From Desulfarculaceae bacterium (GTDB taxonomy: Bacteria; Desulfobacterota; Desulfarculia; Desulfarculales; Desulfarculaceae), in NCBI GenBank assembly GCA_021737145.1, contig JAIPEN010000008.1, forward strand, positions 123,585 through 187,584: a stretch of 64,000 bases of DNA, in the 5' to 3' direction. Positions 19,285-27,630 of the stretch are shown here, piece by piece. Each line of letters opens with the position of its first letter. Positions within the stretch are counted from its first letter, which is position 1. The notes under the pieces are model-generated. The model saw only the letters and a program-made list of their open reading frames with translations. It did no database searches and had not been told where the DNA came from. Both the position numbers and the translations under genes were made by a program.

Positions 19285-19407
19285 CGGCTGCGCCAGACGC
19301 GGCTATGCCGCGTTGCGGGCGTCGCTCGCCTCCTCGGCGTATGAGCAATACGCCTGCGGGTCTCGCTCGCCCGGCGCCTTGCCTAGCCACGCCTGGCTGT
19401 GCCGCCA
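19285..19407. repeat. long-hairpin intergenic repeat, copy A
   Basis: Shares ...GCGTTGCGGGC..CGCTCG..CCTCGGCGTAT-loop-ATACGCC.GCGG..CTCGCT.GCC..GCCTTG..CTGGCTGTGCCG with copies at 22512, 31741 and 33511. Confidence 0.7.
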
Positions 19408-19673
19408 TTGCCGTGGGCAGGGTCCTAACGGTATCAATCCATATAAGTAAGTTTGTCATTGCGAGGAGTGGCCTTGCCGCGACGAAGCAATCTCTGCTTG
19501 TAAGAAGGCGTTGGTTGCGGCGCGGCCTGGTTGGCTGCGTTTTGCTGCCCGGCGCCGGGAACAGCGGAAGATTGGCACGCAGCGGCGGGAGGGCGGCCTG
19601 GTTTTTACCTGCCTCCGGGGCCGCCTCTGCTCGCGATGACCGTCTGTTTCTGAAAAAGATTGAATAGGTGCTT

Positions 19674-19784
19674 GTTGGGTTTCGGGGCCAGGAGTCCCCT
19701 CTACCCAACCTACGCTAATCTCTAGAGTCCCCTCTACCCGACCTACGCTAATCTCTAGAGTCCCCTCTACCCGACCTACGCTAA
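19674..19784. repeat. GTTGGGT...ACCCAAC palindromic unit followed by a 33-bp tandem repeat (2.8 copies, 19693-19784)
   Basis: Unit AGTCCCCTCTACCC(A/G)ACCTACGCTAATCTCTAG read directly from the sequence. Lies just downstream of the stop of the thiolase-like gene. Confidence 0.85.
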
Positions 19785-19791
19785 ACCAGGA

Positions 19792-21402
19792 CTACTCTTC
19801 GTCTTCGGGGGGCTCGACCTGGCGCTTTTTGCGGGCCGCCTTGAGGCGGGCGGCCTTGGAGGCGCGCACCGCGCTGGTGGAGGCGTCTTCCATGGCCGAC
19901 CACCAGCCCACCACCGAGCGGGCCATATTGCCGCCGAGCTGCATGAGGTAGCGGGCGGCGGTGTCGCGGTGCTGGAACACGAAATGCGCGCCCTCCACGT
20001 CCACGGTGACCGTGGCCCCCACCTTGGGCGTGTGCTCGCCCATGCGCCCGAAGGCCAAAATCACCGAGCCGTCGGCCATCTGCACGTAGCCCAGCTCCAG
20101 GGGCGGCTCGAAGCCCGAGGGCGGGGTGTGCAGGGTGGTCCAGGTGAGCAGATTGCCCCGGCCCGGCTTGAGGCTCTCCTGGTGCAGGGCCGGGCGGCTG
20201 GGGGCCAGCTCCGGCTGGTAGGCGATGTCCTCGGGCACCTGCCAGGCGCGCTTCGCGTCGGTGCGGGTCAGGATGGTGACCAGGTTGTTGTTGGCCAGGC
20301 CGCCGATGGACTGGGCCAGGCCCACGTCCACCCGCTCCAACTGGCGCTCCGGCTCCACCTGGTGGTTCATCTGCCAGGCCAGCTCCACCACCTGGGCCAG
20401 GCCCGAGGCCCCCACCGGATGGCCCCGCGCCTTGAGCCCGCCCGAGGCGTTGACCGGCAAACGGCCCGCGCGGGAGGTCTCGCCCTCCATGACCGCCTTC
20501 CAGCCCTCGCCGGGCTCAAAGAATCCCAGATCCTCGCAGCCGATGATCTCGAAGATGGTGAAGGCGTCGTGCACCTCGGCCAGGTCGATGTTTTCCGGGC
20601 CCAGGCCGGCCATGCGGTAGGCCTTCATGGCCGCCTGCTTGGTGGAGTTGAAGGAGGTGAGGCTGCCCCTGCGGCCCACGGCCAGGGTGTCGGTGGCGTG
20701 GCCCACCCCCACCAGGTTGAGCAGGGAGGGGCGGCTGCTGAGCACCATGGCCGCCGCGCCGTCGCTGATGGGCGCGCAGTCGTGCACCCGCAGGGGATCG
20801 GACACCGGGCGGCTGGCCAAGTACTTGTCCAGGTCTATGGCCTTTTGGAACTGGGCCAGGGGGTTCAGGGCGCCGGCCGCGTGGTTCTTGATGGCCACCG
20901 CGCCCAGGGCCTGGCTCAACTCGTCCTCGCCCAAGCCGTATTTATAGGCGTAGCGCCGGGCGATCATGGCCGCCAGGGCGGGCATGGTGGCCCCGTAGGA
21001 GCGCTCCACCCGGTCGATGACCCGGGCCAGGATCTGGGTGGTGGCCGCGGTGGCCAGATGGGTCATCTTTTCGCCGGCCACCACCAGGACCTGGCTGACC
21101 AGGCCGCTGGCCACGGCGTAGAAGGCGGTCTCCAACACCGCCGCGCCGGTGCTGGAGGCGGTTTCCACCCGGGAGGAGGGCACCCCGGGCAGGTCCAGCT
21201 GGTCGGTGAGGATGGCGGCCAGGTTGGAGTCGCCGGTGAACTCGGCCGGGTCCATGACCCCCAAATAAACCGCGTCCACCGTGTCCAGGCCGGCCTGGGC
21301 CAGGGCCGCCGAGGCGGCCTGGATCATCATCTGTTCCAGGGTGTCGGGCCGCTTGCCGAATTTGGTCAGGGCCGCGCCCGCTATGAAAACCGGATTGGCC
21401 AT
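19792..21402 (-). CDS. thiolase-fold (SCP-x type) protein lacking catalytic cysteines, fused to DUF35-like OB-fold domain
   Basis: VETASSTGAA sits where thiolases have xCASG. NASGGLKARGHPVGASG is retained. The C-terminal motif reads QSIGGLA instead of CxGGG. C-terminal ~130 aa look OB-fold-like (LTWTTLHTPPSGFEPPLELGYVQM). Confidence 0.75.
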   Translation of the reverse strand: MANPVFIAGAALTKFGKRPDTLEQMMIQAASAALAQAGLDTVDAVYLGVMDPAEFTGDSNLAAILTDQLDLPGVPSSRVETASSTGAAVLETAFYAVASGLVSQVLVVAGEKMTHLATAATTQILARVIDRVERSYGATMPALAAMIARRYAYKYGLGEDELSQALGAVAIKNHAAGALNPLAQFQKAIDLDKYLASRPVSDPLRVHDCAPISDGAAAMVLSSRPSLLNLVGVGHATDTLAVGRRGSLTSFNSTKQAAMKAYRMAGLGPENIDLAEVHDAFTIFEIIGCEDLGFFEPGEGWKAVMEGETSRAGRLPVNASGGLKARGHPVGASGLAQVVELAWQMNHQVEPERQLERVDVGLAQSIGGLANNNLVTILTRTDAKRAWQVPEDIAYQPELAPSRPALHQESLKPGRGNLLTWTTLHTPPSGFEPPLELGYVQMADGSVILAFGRMGEHTPKVGATVTVDVEGAHFVFQHRDTAARYLMQLGGNMARSVVGWWSAMEDASTSAVRASKAARLKAARKKRQVEPPEDEE

Positions 21403-21573
21403 GGTGTTTACTGCTTCTTTTTGCAGTACGGGGCATGCGTGTTCATCTTTGATTCCATTTTAGCATGGGGGCGGAAAAGGCCAATATTTATCCGAAGCGG
21501 CCGAGGACTTATCATATGCCTCCGGCTAGGGTAAGCTTGGGGCCAGGCGGAGATGATCAAATATATTGGTACT

Positions 21574-21604
21574 GTTGGGTTTCGCTTCGCTCTACCCAAC
21601 CTAC
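21574..21604. repeat. second copy of GTTGGGTTTCG...CTCTACCCAACCTAC palindromic unit
   Basis: Same arms as at 19674-19712 with a shorter loop. Lies upstream of era. Confidence 0.7.
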
Positions 21605-21626
21605 ACTGAGCCAGAATGGCGGGATC

Positions 21627-22511
21627 ATGCACGCAGGCTTTGTGGCCATAATCGGCGCGCCCAACGTGGGCAAGAGCACCTTCTTGAACCAGGCCCTGGG
21701 CTTCAAGCTGGCCATCACCAGCGACAAGCCCCAGACCACCCGGCACCGCCTGCTGGGGGTGCACCACACCCCCGAGGCCCAGATCGTGTTTTTGGACACC
21801 CCGGGCATCCACGCGGCCAAGACCGCCCTGAACCGGCGCATGGTGGCCGTGGCCTGGGAGGCGCTGGCCGAGGTGGACGCGGTGCTGTTCATGGCCGAGG
21901 TGAGCGCCAAGGGCATGGAGCGGGCCGCCGCCCTGGCCCCCCGTCTGGCCGCGCTAAAGGTTCCGGTGGTGCTGGCCCTGAACAAGATCGACCTGGTGCC
22001 CAGGAAGCAGGCCCTTCTGCCCCTGCTGGAGCGGGCCGCCGGGTGGGGCGACTGGAAGGCGGTGGTGCCCCTGAGCGGGCTCAAGGGCGACGGGGTGGAG
22101 CTGCTGGTCAAGGAGCTGTCGGCCTGCCTGCCCGAGGGGCCGCCCCTGTTCCCCGAGGATGTCATCACCGATCTGCCCATGCGCTTCATGGCCGCCGAGC
22201 TGATCCGGGAAAAGGTGTTCCGCCTCACCTCCCAGGAGGTGCCCTACGGGGTGGCGGTGACCGTGGACCAATACCTGGAGCCGCCGGACGAGGACCACCC
22301 CGTGGCCATCACCGCCACCATCCACGTGGAGCGCTCCGGGCACAAGGGCATTATCATCGGCAAGGGCGGGGCCATGATCAAGAAGATCGGTACCCAGGCC
22401 CGCCAGGACCTGGAGAAGCTCATCGGCCAGCATGTGTTCCTGGACCTGCTGGTGCGCGTCGAGCCCAAGTGGAGCCGCCGGGAGCAGGGGCTGAGCAAGC
22501 TGGGCTACTAG
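21627..22511 (+). CDS. era: GTPase Era
   Basis: ATG 21627. GAPNVGKST, DTPG and NKID GTPase motifs, plus a C-terminal KH domain. Confidence 0.9.
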   Translation: MHAGFVAIIGAPNVGKSTFLNQALGFKLAITSDKPQTTRHRLLGVHHTPEAQIVFLDTPGIHAAKTALNRRMVAVAWEALAEVDAVLFMAEVSAKGMERAAALAPRLAALKVPVVLALNKIDLVPRKQALLPLLERAAGWGDWKAVVPLSGLKGDGVELLVKELSACLPEGPPLFPEDVITDLPMRFMAAELIREKVFRLTSQEVPYGVAVTVDQYLEPPDEDHPVAITATIHVERSGHKGIIIGKGGAMIKKIGTQARQDLEKLIGQHVFLDLLVRVEPKWSRREQGLSKLGY

Positions 22512-22632
22512 GCGGCTTGGCTGGCCACCGGCATGCGGCCTGGCCGGCGCCGCTTCGATCTCGTTGTATCAAACCATACGTCTCCGATTGCCGCCGGCCA
22601 GGCGCCTTGTCCGACGGCGGCTGACCGTGCCG
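22512..22632. repeat. long-hairpin intergenic repeat, copy B
   Basis: CCACCGGCAT... start and ...GGCGGCTGACCGTGCCG end are shared with copy D. Central GTTGTAT-caaacc-ATACGTC hairpin. Confidence 0.6.
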
Positions 22633-22715
22633 TGGGCGAGGCGGTGATGAGGCAAGGAAAAGGCCGCGGGAACAATCCCGCGGCCTGATTGCTTTTGGGG
22701 CGCTTGCCCGCGCGC

Positions 22716-23606
22716 TTACCAGTTCAAGAGCTTCTTGACCGCGTTGAGGCCTTCCTTGACCGCGTCGCCCTGCTCCTCCTTGCCCTGCTGCTGGCCCTGC
22801 TGTTGGCCTTGCTGCTGGCTCTGCTGCTGGGCCTTGGCCTCGTCCGACTGGCGCTTGACGTCCTGCATGGCCTGGTTCTGCTTGTTGACCGCGTCGGGGT
22901 CCTTGAGCATGTTCATGATGTGCTTGGCCATCTCGCGCTGCTTCTGGTCCGCCTCCTGGTTGAACACCGGCTTGATTCCGGCCGGGGGCTTGAGCTTGTC
23001 GGCCGGCACCGGCACGCCCACCGCGATGTCCGTGGCCTTCATGTTCATCTGCATGCCCATGATGCTGCCCGACTGCTTGAGCACCACCTGCTTGCCCCGC
23101 CAGGTGTAGCTGGTGATGCCCATGGTGCTCATGATGTCCACCGGCTTGCCCTTGTAGGTGCCTTTGGTGATGGAGGGCTTGCCGCCCATCATGGACATGA
23201 AGTTATTGCCCATGTCCTCGGAGTTCTTTTTGACCTGCTTCTTTTCGGCCGGAGAGAGCTTTTCGTATTCCTGGGCCAAATAGGTGAGGTAGTTGCCGGT
23301 GTAGGTGGCCTTGCCGGTCTTCAGGTCGATGTGGGTGATGCGCTTGGGCTGGGTGATGACGATCTGCTTGTCCTGGTTGGAGATGCCCATCACCTTGGTG
23401 GTCACGTTCTTGTGCTCGGCCCGGGTGTCGCCCTTGAAGTAGGTGGTGGCCGTGCCGCTCTGGCTGCCGCTGTAGCTGAACTTGATGATGGCCGACTTGA
23501 AGGGCGGCGGCATGCGGAAGGGGTTTTCCCCGGCCGCGGCGGGCAGGGCCAGGACGCTTAGCAGGGCCAGGCACGTCAACAGGCGAATGACTTTGGAAAA
23601 ACTCAT
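22716..23606 (-). CDS. secreted protein of unknown function with C-terminal Q-rich (QQQG)n tract
   Basis: Signal peptide ending ALPAAAG. 296 aa. QQQSQQQGQQQGQQQG near the C-terminus. Confidence 0.65.
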   Translation of the reverse strand: MSFSKVIRLLTCLALLSVLALPAAAGENPFRMPPPFKSAIIKFSYSGSQSGTATTYFKGDTRAEHKNVTTKVMGISNQDKQIVITQPKRITHIDLKTGKATYTGNYLTYLAQEYEKLSPAEKKQVKKNSEDMGNNFMSMMGGKPSITKGTYKGKPVDIMSTMGITSYTWRGKQVVLKQSGSIMGMQMNMKATDIAVGVPVPADKLKPPAGIKPVFNQEADQKQREMAKHIMNMLKDPDAVNKQNQAMQDVKRQSDEAKAQQQSQQQGQQQGQQQGKEEQGDAVKEGLNAVKKLLNW

Positions 23607-23773
23607 ATGGCTAGACTCCGGTTGGATGGCGTATGGTCGCGCGGACCGGGGATTTGGAATGCCATCTTAGGGGTATTGGGGGCGCAAAACAAGAAAAATA
23701 CCCCCAAGGGGACGGGGGTGGCGCGCCGGGCCCGGGGCTTGTGTTAATCTGGCCCCGAGGGGAGGAACCCGCC

Positions 23774-24826
23774 ATGCACGAGGCCATGCTCTACGACAAG
23801 CTGAAAAAGAACAAGGAGGTGCGCTGCCGCCTCTGCGCCCACAAGTGCCTCATCGAGGACGGCAAGCGGGGCATCTGCCAGGTGCGGCAGAACCAGGGGG
23901 GTACCCTGTACAGCCTGGTCTACGGCAAGCCCATCGCGGGCAACGTGGACCCCATAGAGAAAAAGCCCCTGTTCCACTTTTTGCCCGGCACCTCCAGCTA
24001 CTCCATCGCCACCATCGGCTGCAACTTCCAGTGCGGCTTTTGCCAGAACTGGGACATAAGCCAGTACACCCGTGAGACCGGGGGCAAGATACCGGGCGGC
24101 GGGCCGGGCGGCGGGACCGAGGTGCCCCCGGAGCAGATCGTGGCCGCGGCCAAGCGGTCCGGCTGCGCCTCCATCGCCTACACCTACACCGAGCCCACCG
24201 TCTACTTCGAGTATGCCCGCGACTGCATGAAGCTGGCCCACGAGGCGGGCATCAAGAACGTGTTCGTGACCAACGGATTCGAGTCCGAGGGCTGCGTGGA
24301 GGCCTGCCAGGGCCTGCTGGACGCGGCCAACGTGGACCTGAAGGCCATGAACCACAGCTTTTATCTGCGCGAGTGCAAGGCCCACCTGACCCCGGTGCTG
24401 GAGACCCTGGAGCGCATGCACAAGGCGGGCATCTGGCTGGAGGTGACCACCCTGCTCATCCCCGGCAAGAACGACGCGCCCGAGGAGCTGAAGAAGCTGG
24501 CCCGTTTTATCGCCAAGAACCTCTCCACCGAGGTGCCCTGGCACATCAGCGCCTACACCCCGCGCTACAAGTATGCCGAGGAGAGCGGGGGGCCGGGGCG
24601 CACTCCGGTCAAGACCCTGGAGATGGCCATGGGCATCGGCCTGGAGGCGGGCCTGAGCTACGTGTATCCGGGCAACGTGTTCGGCCACGACGGGGAGAGC
24701 ACCAAGTGTCCCGGCTGCGGCGAGGTGATCGTGCCCCGCCGGGGCTATTCGGTGAGCGACCAGGTGATGAAAACCGGCCTGTGCCCCGGCTGCGAGCGGC
24801 CCATCGCCGGAGTCTGGACCCCGTGA
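23774..24826 (+). CDS. AmmeMemoRadiSam-system-type radical SAM enzyme (AmrS-like)
   Basis: ATG 23774 after GGAGG. N-terminal CRLCAHKC...C cluster, CNFQCGFCQNW radical SAM motif, C-terminal CPGCG...CPGC. Confidence 0.8.
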   Translation: MHEAMLYDKLKKNKEVRCRLCAHKCLIEDGKRGICQVRQNQGGTLYSLVYGKPIAGNVDPIEKKPLFHFLPGTSSYSIATIGCNFQCGFCQNWDISQYTRETGGKIPGGGPGGGTEVPPEQIVAAAKRSGCASIAYTYTEPTVYFEYARDCMKLAHEAGIKNVFVTNGFESEGCVEACQGLLDAANVDLKAMNHSFYLRECKAHLTPVLETLERMHKAGIWLEVTTLLIPGKNDAPEELKKLARFIAKNLSTEVPWHISAYTPRYKYAEESGGPGRTPVKTLEMAMGIGLEAGLSYVYPGNVFGHDGESTKCPGCGEVIVPRRGYSVSDQVMKTGLCPGCERPIAGVWTP

Positions 24827-25557
24827 GCCCGGCCAAGAATCCGGCCGAGGGCCACCGGGCCCGGCTGCGCGACAAGTTTTTGGCCCACGGCCTGACCAAG
24901 TTCACCGACGAGGAGGCCCTGGAGCTGCTGCTGACCCTGGCCACCCCCCGCCGCGACTGCAAGCAGCAGGCCAGGGCGCTCCTGGCCTCCCTGGGCAGCC
25001 TGCGGGCGGTGCTGGAGGCCGCGCCCGGACAGTTGGCGGCCATCAAGGGCATCGGCCCCAAGAACATCCTGGGACTCAAGCTGGTGCCGGCCGTGGCCCG
25101 GCGCTATCTGGAAGACAAGCTGATGACCGGCGGCTCCCTGGCCGACCCGGCCCAGGCGGCGGAGTATCTGCGCCTGAGCATGGGGCCGCTAAAGCAGGAG
25201 GTGTTCCGGGTGCTTCTGCTGGACTCGCGGCGGCGGGTGCTGGCCAACGAGGAGCTGTTCGCCGGCACCCTGAACCAGGCGGTGGTCTACCCCCGCGAGG
25301 TGGCCGCCCGGGCCCTGGCCGCGGGCGCGGCCGCGGTGGTGGCCGCCCACAACCATCCCGGCGGCGACCCCACCCCCAGCCGGGAGGACCGCTCCTTGAC
25401 CCGTCAGCTATACTTCGCTCTCAGGGGGGTGGGCCTAGAGCTGGTGGACCATCTGGTGGTGGGCGGCGACCAGGTCTACAGCTTTCACCAGCAGGGGGAG
25501 CTGGTCCCCCTGGCCCGGGAGTACGACGCACTGCACCTGGAGGAGATGGGCCCATGA
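24823..25557 (+). CDS. radC: RadC-family JAB-domain protein
   Basis: GTG 24823 overlaps the upstream TGA. HhH region GIGPK. JAMM motif AHNHPGGDPTPSREDRSLT. Confidence 0.85.
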   Translation: MSPAKNPAEGHRARLRDKFLAHGLTKFTDEEALELLLTLATPRRDCKQQARALLASLGSLRAVLEAAPGQLAAIKGIGPKNILGLKLVPAVARRYLEDKLMTGGSLADPAQAAEYLRLSMGPLKQEVFRVLLLDSRRRVLANEELFAGTLNQAVVYPREVAARALAAGAAAVVAAHNHPGGDPTPSREDRSLTRQLYFALRGVGLELVDHLVVGGDQVYSFHQQGELVPLAREYDALHLEEMGP

Positions 25558-26267
25558 ACCCCCGCGACCGCCTGATATTCGCCCTGGACGTGAACAACCC
25601 CGACGAGGCCGAGGACCTGGTGCGCCTGCTGGCCAGCGAAGTGGGGGTGTTCAAGGTGGGCCTGGAGCTGTTCGTCTCGGCCGGGCCCGAGGTGGTGGCC
25701 CGGGTGCGCCGGGCCGGGGCCAGGGCGGTGTTTCTGGATTTGAAGCTGCACGACATCCCGGCCACCATGCGGGCCGCGGCCCGCTCCGCCGCCGCCCTGG
25801 GGGTGGAGCTGATAACCTGCCACGCGGACCAGGAAAATATCTTCACGGACCTGGACCTGGGCGGGGCCCGGATGCTGGGGGTGAGCGTGCTCACCAGCCT
25901 GGGCCGGGGCGAGCTGATGTCCCTGGGCTACCCGGCCGAACTCACCGATCCGGCGGCCCTGGTTTTGCACCGGGCCCGCCTGGCCCTGAGGGCCGGGTGC
26001 GCCGGGGTGGTCTGCTCCGGGCTGGAGGCCGGCGCGGTGCGCGAGCTACTGGGGACCGAGGCGTTGGTGGTGTGCCCGGGCATCCGCCTGGCCAGCGGGG
26101 AGGCCAACGATCAAAAACGGGTAATGACACCGGAAAAGGCCATGGCCGCCGGCGCGAGCCACATCGTGGTGGGCCGGCCCATCCGGGCGGCGGCCGACCC
26201 GGTGGCCGCGGCAAGGCGCATGGTTGAGGGCATTAGCCAGGGGTTGGCCGCCCGGGGGCTTGCTTGA
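25554..26267 (+). CDS. pyrF: orotidine 5'-phosphate decarboxylase
   Basis: ATGA overlap with radC. LIFALDV, DLKLHDIP and VVGRPI motifs. Confidence 0.9.
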   Translation: MNPRDRLIFALDVNNPDEAEDLVRLLASEVGVFKVGLELFVSAGPEVVARVRRAGARAVFLDLKLHDIPATMRAAARSAAALGVELITCHADQENIFTDLDLGGARMLGVSVLTSLGRGELMSLGYPAELTDPAALVLHRARLALRAGCAGVVCSGLEAGAVRELLGTEALVVCPGIRLASGEANDQKRVMTPEKAMAAGASHIVVGRPIRAAADPVAAARRMVEGISQGLAARGLA

Positions 26268-27424
26268 CTGCCCATCGGGGCGCTGGTAGAGTTTAGTCGC
26301 ATTCGCAGAAGCTTAAGGGGTTTGGCGTGGCCGAGGTCATCGACCTGAAAAGGCGCAAGAGCAAAGAGCGCCGCATCGCCGAGGGGCGCGCCCGGCGGCG
26401 GGCCCAGGCGGTGGCCAGCTCGCTCAGCTGCGGGATGTGCCCCCGCCGCTGCGCTCATTGCGGCTTGGGCGTGGAGTACACCGCGCCTCCGCCCGTGGAT
26501 GCCCCCTATCCCTTCTGCGAGGTGTGCCAAGAGGAATACGAGGCCTTCCGCCGCTGGGAAAAGGACGGGCAGGGCGAGGCCTTTTGGCATACCGACGAGT
26601 GGGGCGAGGCCTGGCGCGCCTGGCTGGCCCATATGCGGGCGGGTGAGGCCTTCAGGCAATCGCCAGCCTTCCTGAAGCTCATGGAGGAACACCTGGAGTG
26701 AGCCCCGCAACGGGTTCGCCACGGGGGAGGGTAAGGTTATGATCGGCGGGATCGGCATTCCCGAACTTCTCATTATCTTGGTCATCGTGCTGTTGATCTT
26801 CGGCGCCGGCAAGCTGCCCATGATCGGCGGCAACCTTGGCAAGGCCATCAAGAACTTCAAGGGCAGCAGCAGCGCCAAAATTCCCCCCGCCAGGCTGGGC
26901 AGGGGAGGGGCCAGGCCCAGCTTCTTGAGCGCCACCAGCACCAGGGCCCCGGCCAGGGCGGCGGTGGCGTAGATCTCCTTGCGCAGGATCAGGGGCACCT
27001 GGCCGCAGATGACATCGCGCATGAAGCCGCCCCCCACCGCGGTGAGCACCCCCATGAGCACGGCCATGCCGGCGGGGAAACCCATCTCCAGGGTTTTGGC
27101 CGCCCCGCCCACCATGAACACCCCCAGGCCCACCGCGTCGGACCACAAAAACAGGCGCGAGGGCGGCTCCCACCAGCGGCCCAGAAAGAAAAAGGCCGCC
27201 CCGGTGGCCGCGGCCACCCCCAGGTACACCGGAGCGCTCACCCAGAACACCGGGTCGTAGCCCAGCACCAGGTCGCGGATGGTGCCTCCGCCCACCCCCA
27301 CCACGCAGGCCACCAGGATCACCCCGCTCAGGTCGAACTTCTGGCGCCCGGCGCTCATGGCCCCGCTGATGGCGAAGACCACGGTGCCGAACATCTCCAG
27401 GGCGAAAAATAAGTTGGGGTCCAT
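26111..27424 (-). CDS. TRIC/UPF0126-family cation channel. Only residues ~1-185 (27424 to ~26870) look genuine; the ORF then runs 255 further codons without a stop.
   Basis: Duplicated VGGGTIRDL / VGGGFMRDV glycine motifs. After ~26870 the frame reads antisense through tatA, the Cys-rich ORF and the pyrF 3' end. Confidence 0.6.
   Translation of the reverse strand: MDPNLFFALEMFGTVVFAISGAMSAGRQKFDLSGVILVACVVGVGGGTIRDLVLGYDPVFWVSAPVYLGVAAATGAAFFFLGRWWEPPSRLFLWSDAVGLGVFMVGGAAKTLEMGFPAGMAVLMGVLTAVGGGFMRDVICGQVPLILRKEIYATAALAGALVLVALKKLGLAPPLPSLAGGILALLLPLKFLMALPRLPPIMGSLPAPKINSTMTKIMRSSGMPIPPIITLPSPVANPLRGSLQVFLHELQEGWRLPEGLTRPHMGQPGAPGLAPLVGMPKGLALPVLFPAAEGLVFLLAHLAEGIGGIHGRRRGVLHAQAAMSAAAGAHPAAERAGHRLGPPPGAPLGDAALFALAPFQVDDLGHAKPLKLLRMRLNSTSAPMGSQASPRAANPWLMPSTMRLAAATGSAAARMGRPTTMWLAPAAMAFSGVITRF
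26327..26701 (+). CDS. Cys-rich hypothetical protein
   Basis: GTG start. [12 protein letters not shown] and FCEVCQEEY motifs. No family recognised. Confidence 0.45.
   Translation: MAEVIDLKRRKSKERRIAEGRARRRAQAVASSLSCGMCPRRCAHCGLGVEYTAPPPVDAPYPFCEVCQEEYEAFRRWEKDGQGEAFWHTDEWGEAWRAWLAHMRAGEAFRQSPAFLKLMEEHLE
26739..26972 (+). CDS. tatA: twin-arginine translocase TatA/E-family protein (aberrant C-terminus)
   Basis: [41 protein letters not shown] is canonical TatA. The last ~35 aa are basic and read antisense through the TRIC gene. Confidence 0.7.
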   Translation: MIGGIGIPELLIILVIVLLIFGAGKLPMIGGNLGKAIKNFKGSSSAKIPPARLGRGGARPSFLSATSTRAPARAAVA

Positions 27425-27630
27425 GGCGGCTCCTGTTCGCGCCGGAAGCGCGGGCCGCGCCGGGGCGGGCCGGGAAAAACATGGGAATTGCGGTTCCAGC
27501 AGGACAAATGGCAGCGCAACGATTTTTTCAGCCTAGCACCCGCCCCGGTCCGGGGCAAGACAGGCGGAGGTTCCCCCGGATGACACGATTTGCTACAATG
27601 GGCCCCGCTGTATACCGGCAGGAGAAAACC

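Noticed and set aside
19693-19784. 33-bp direct repeats considered as a possible CRISPR array
   Set aside because: The repeats are contiguous with no spacers, there are only 2.8 copies, and no cas genes are present. It is a simple tandem repeat.
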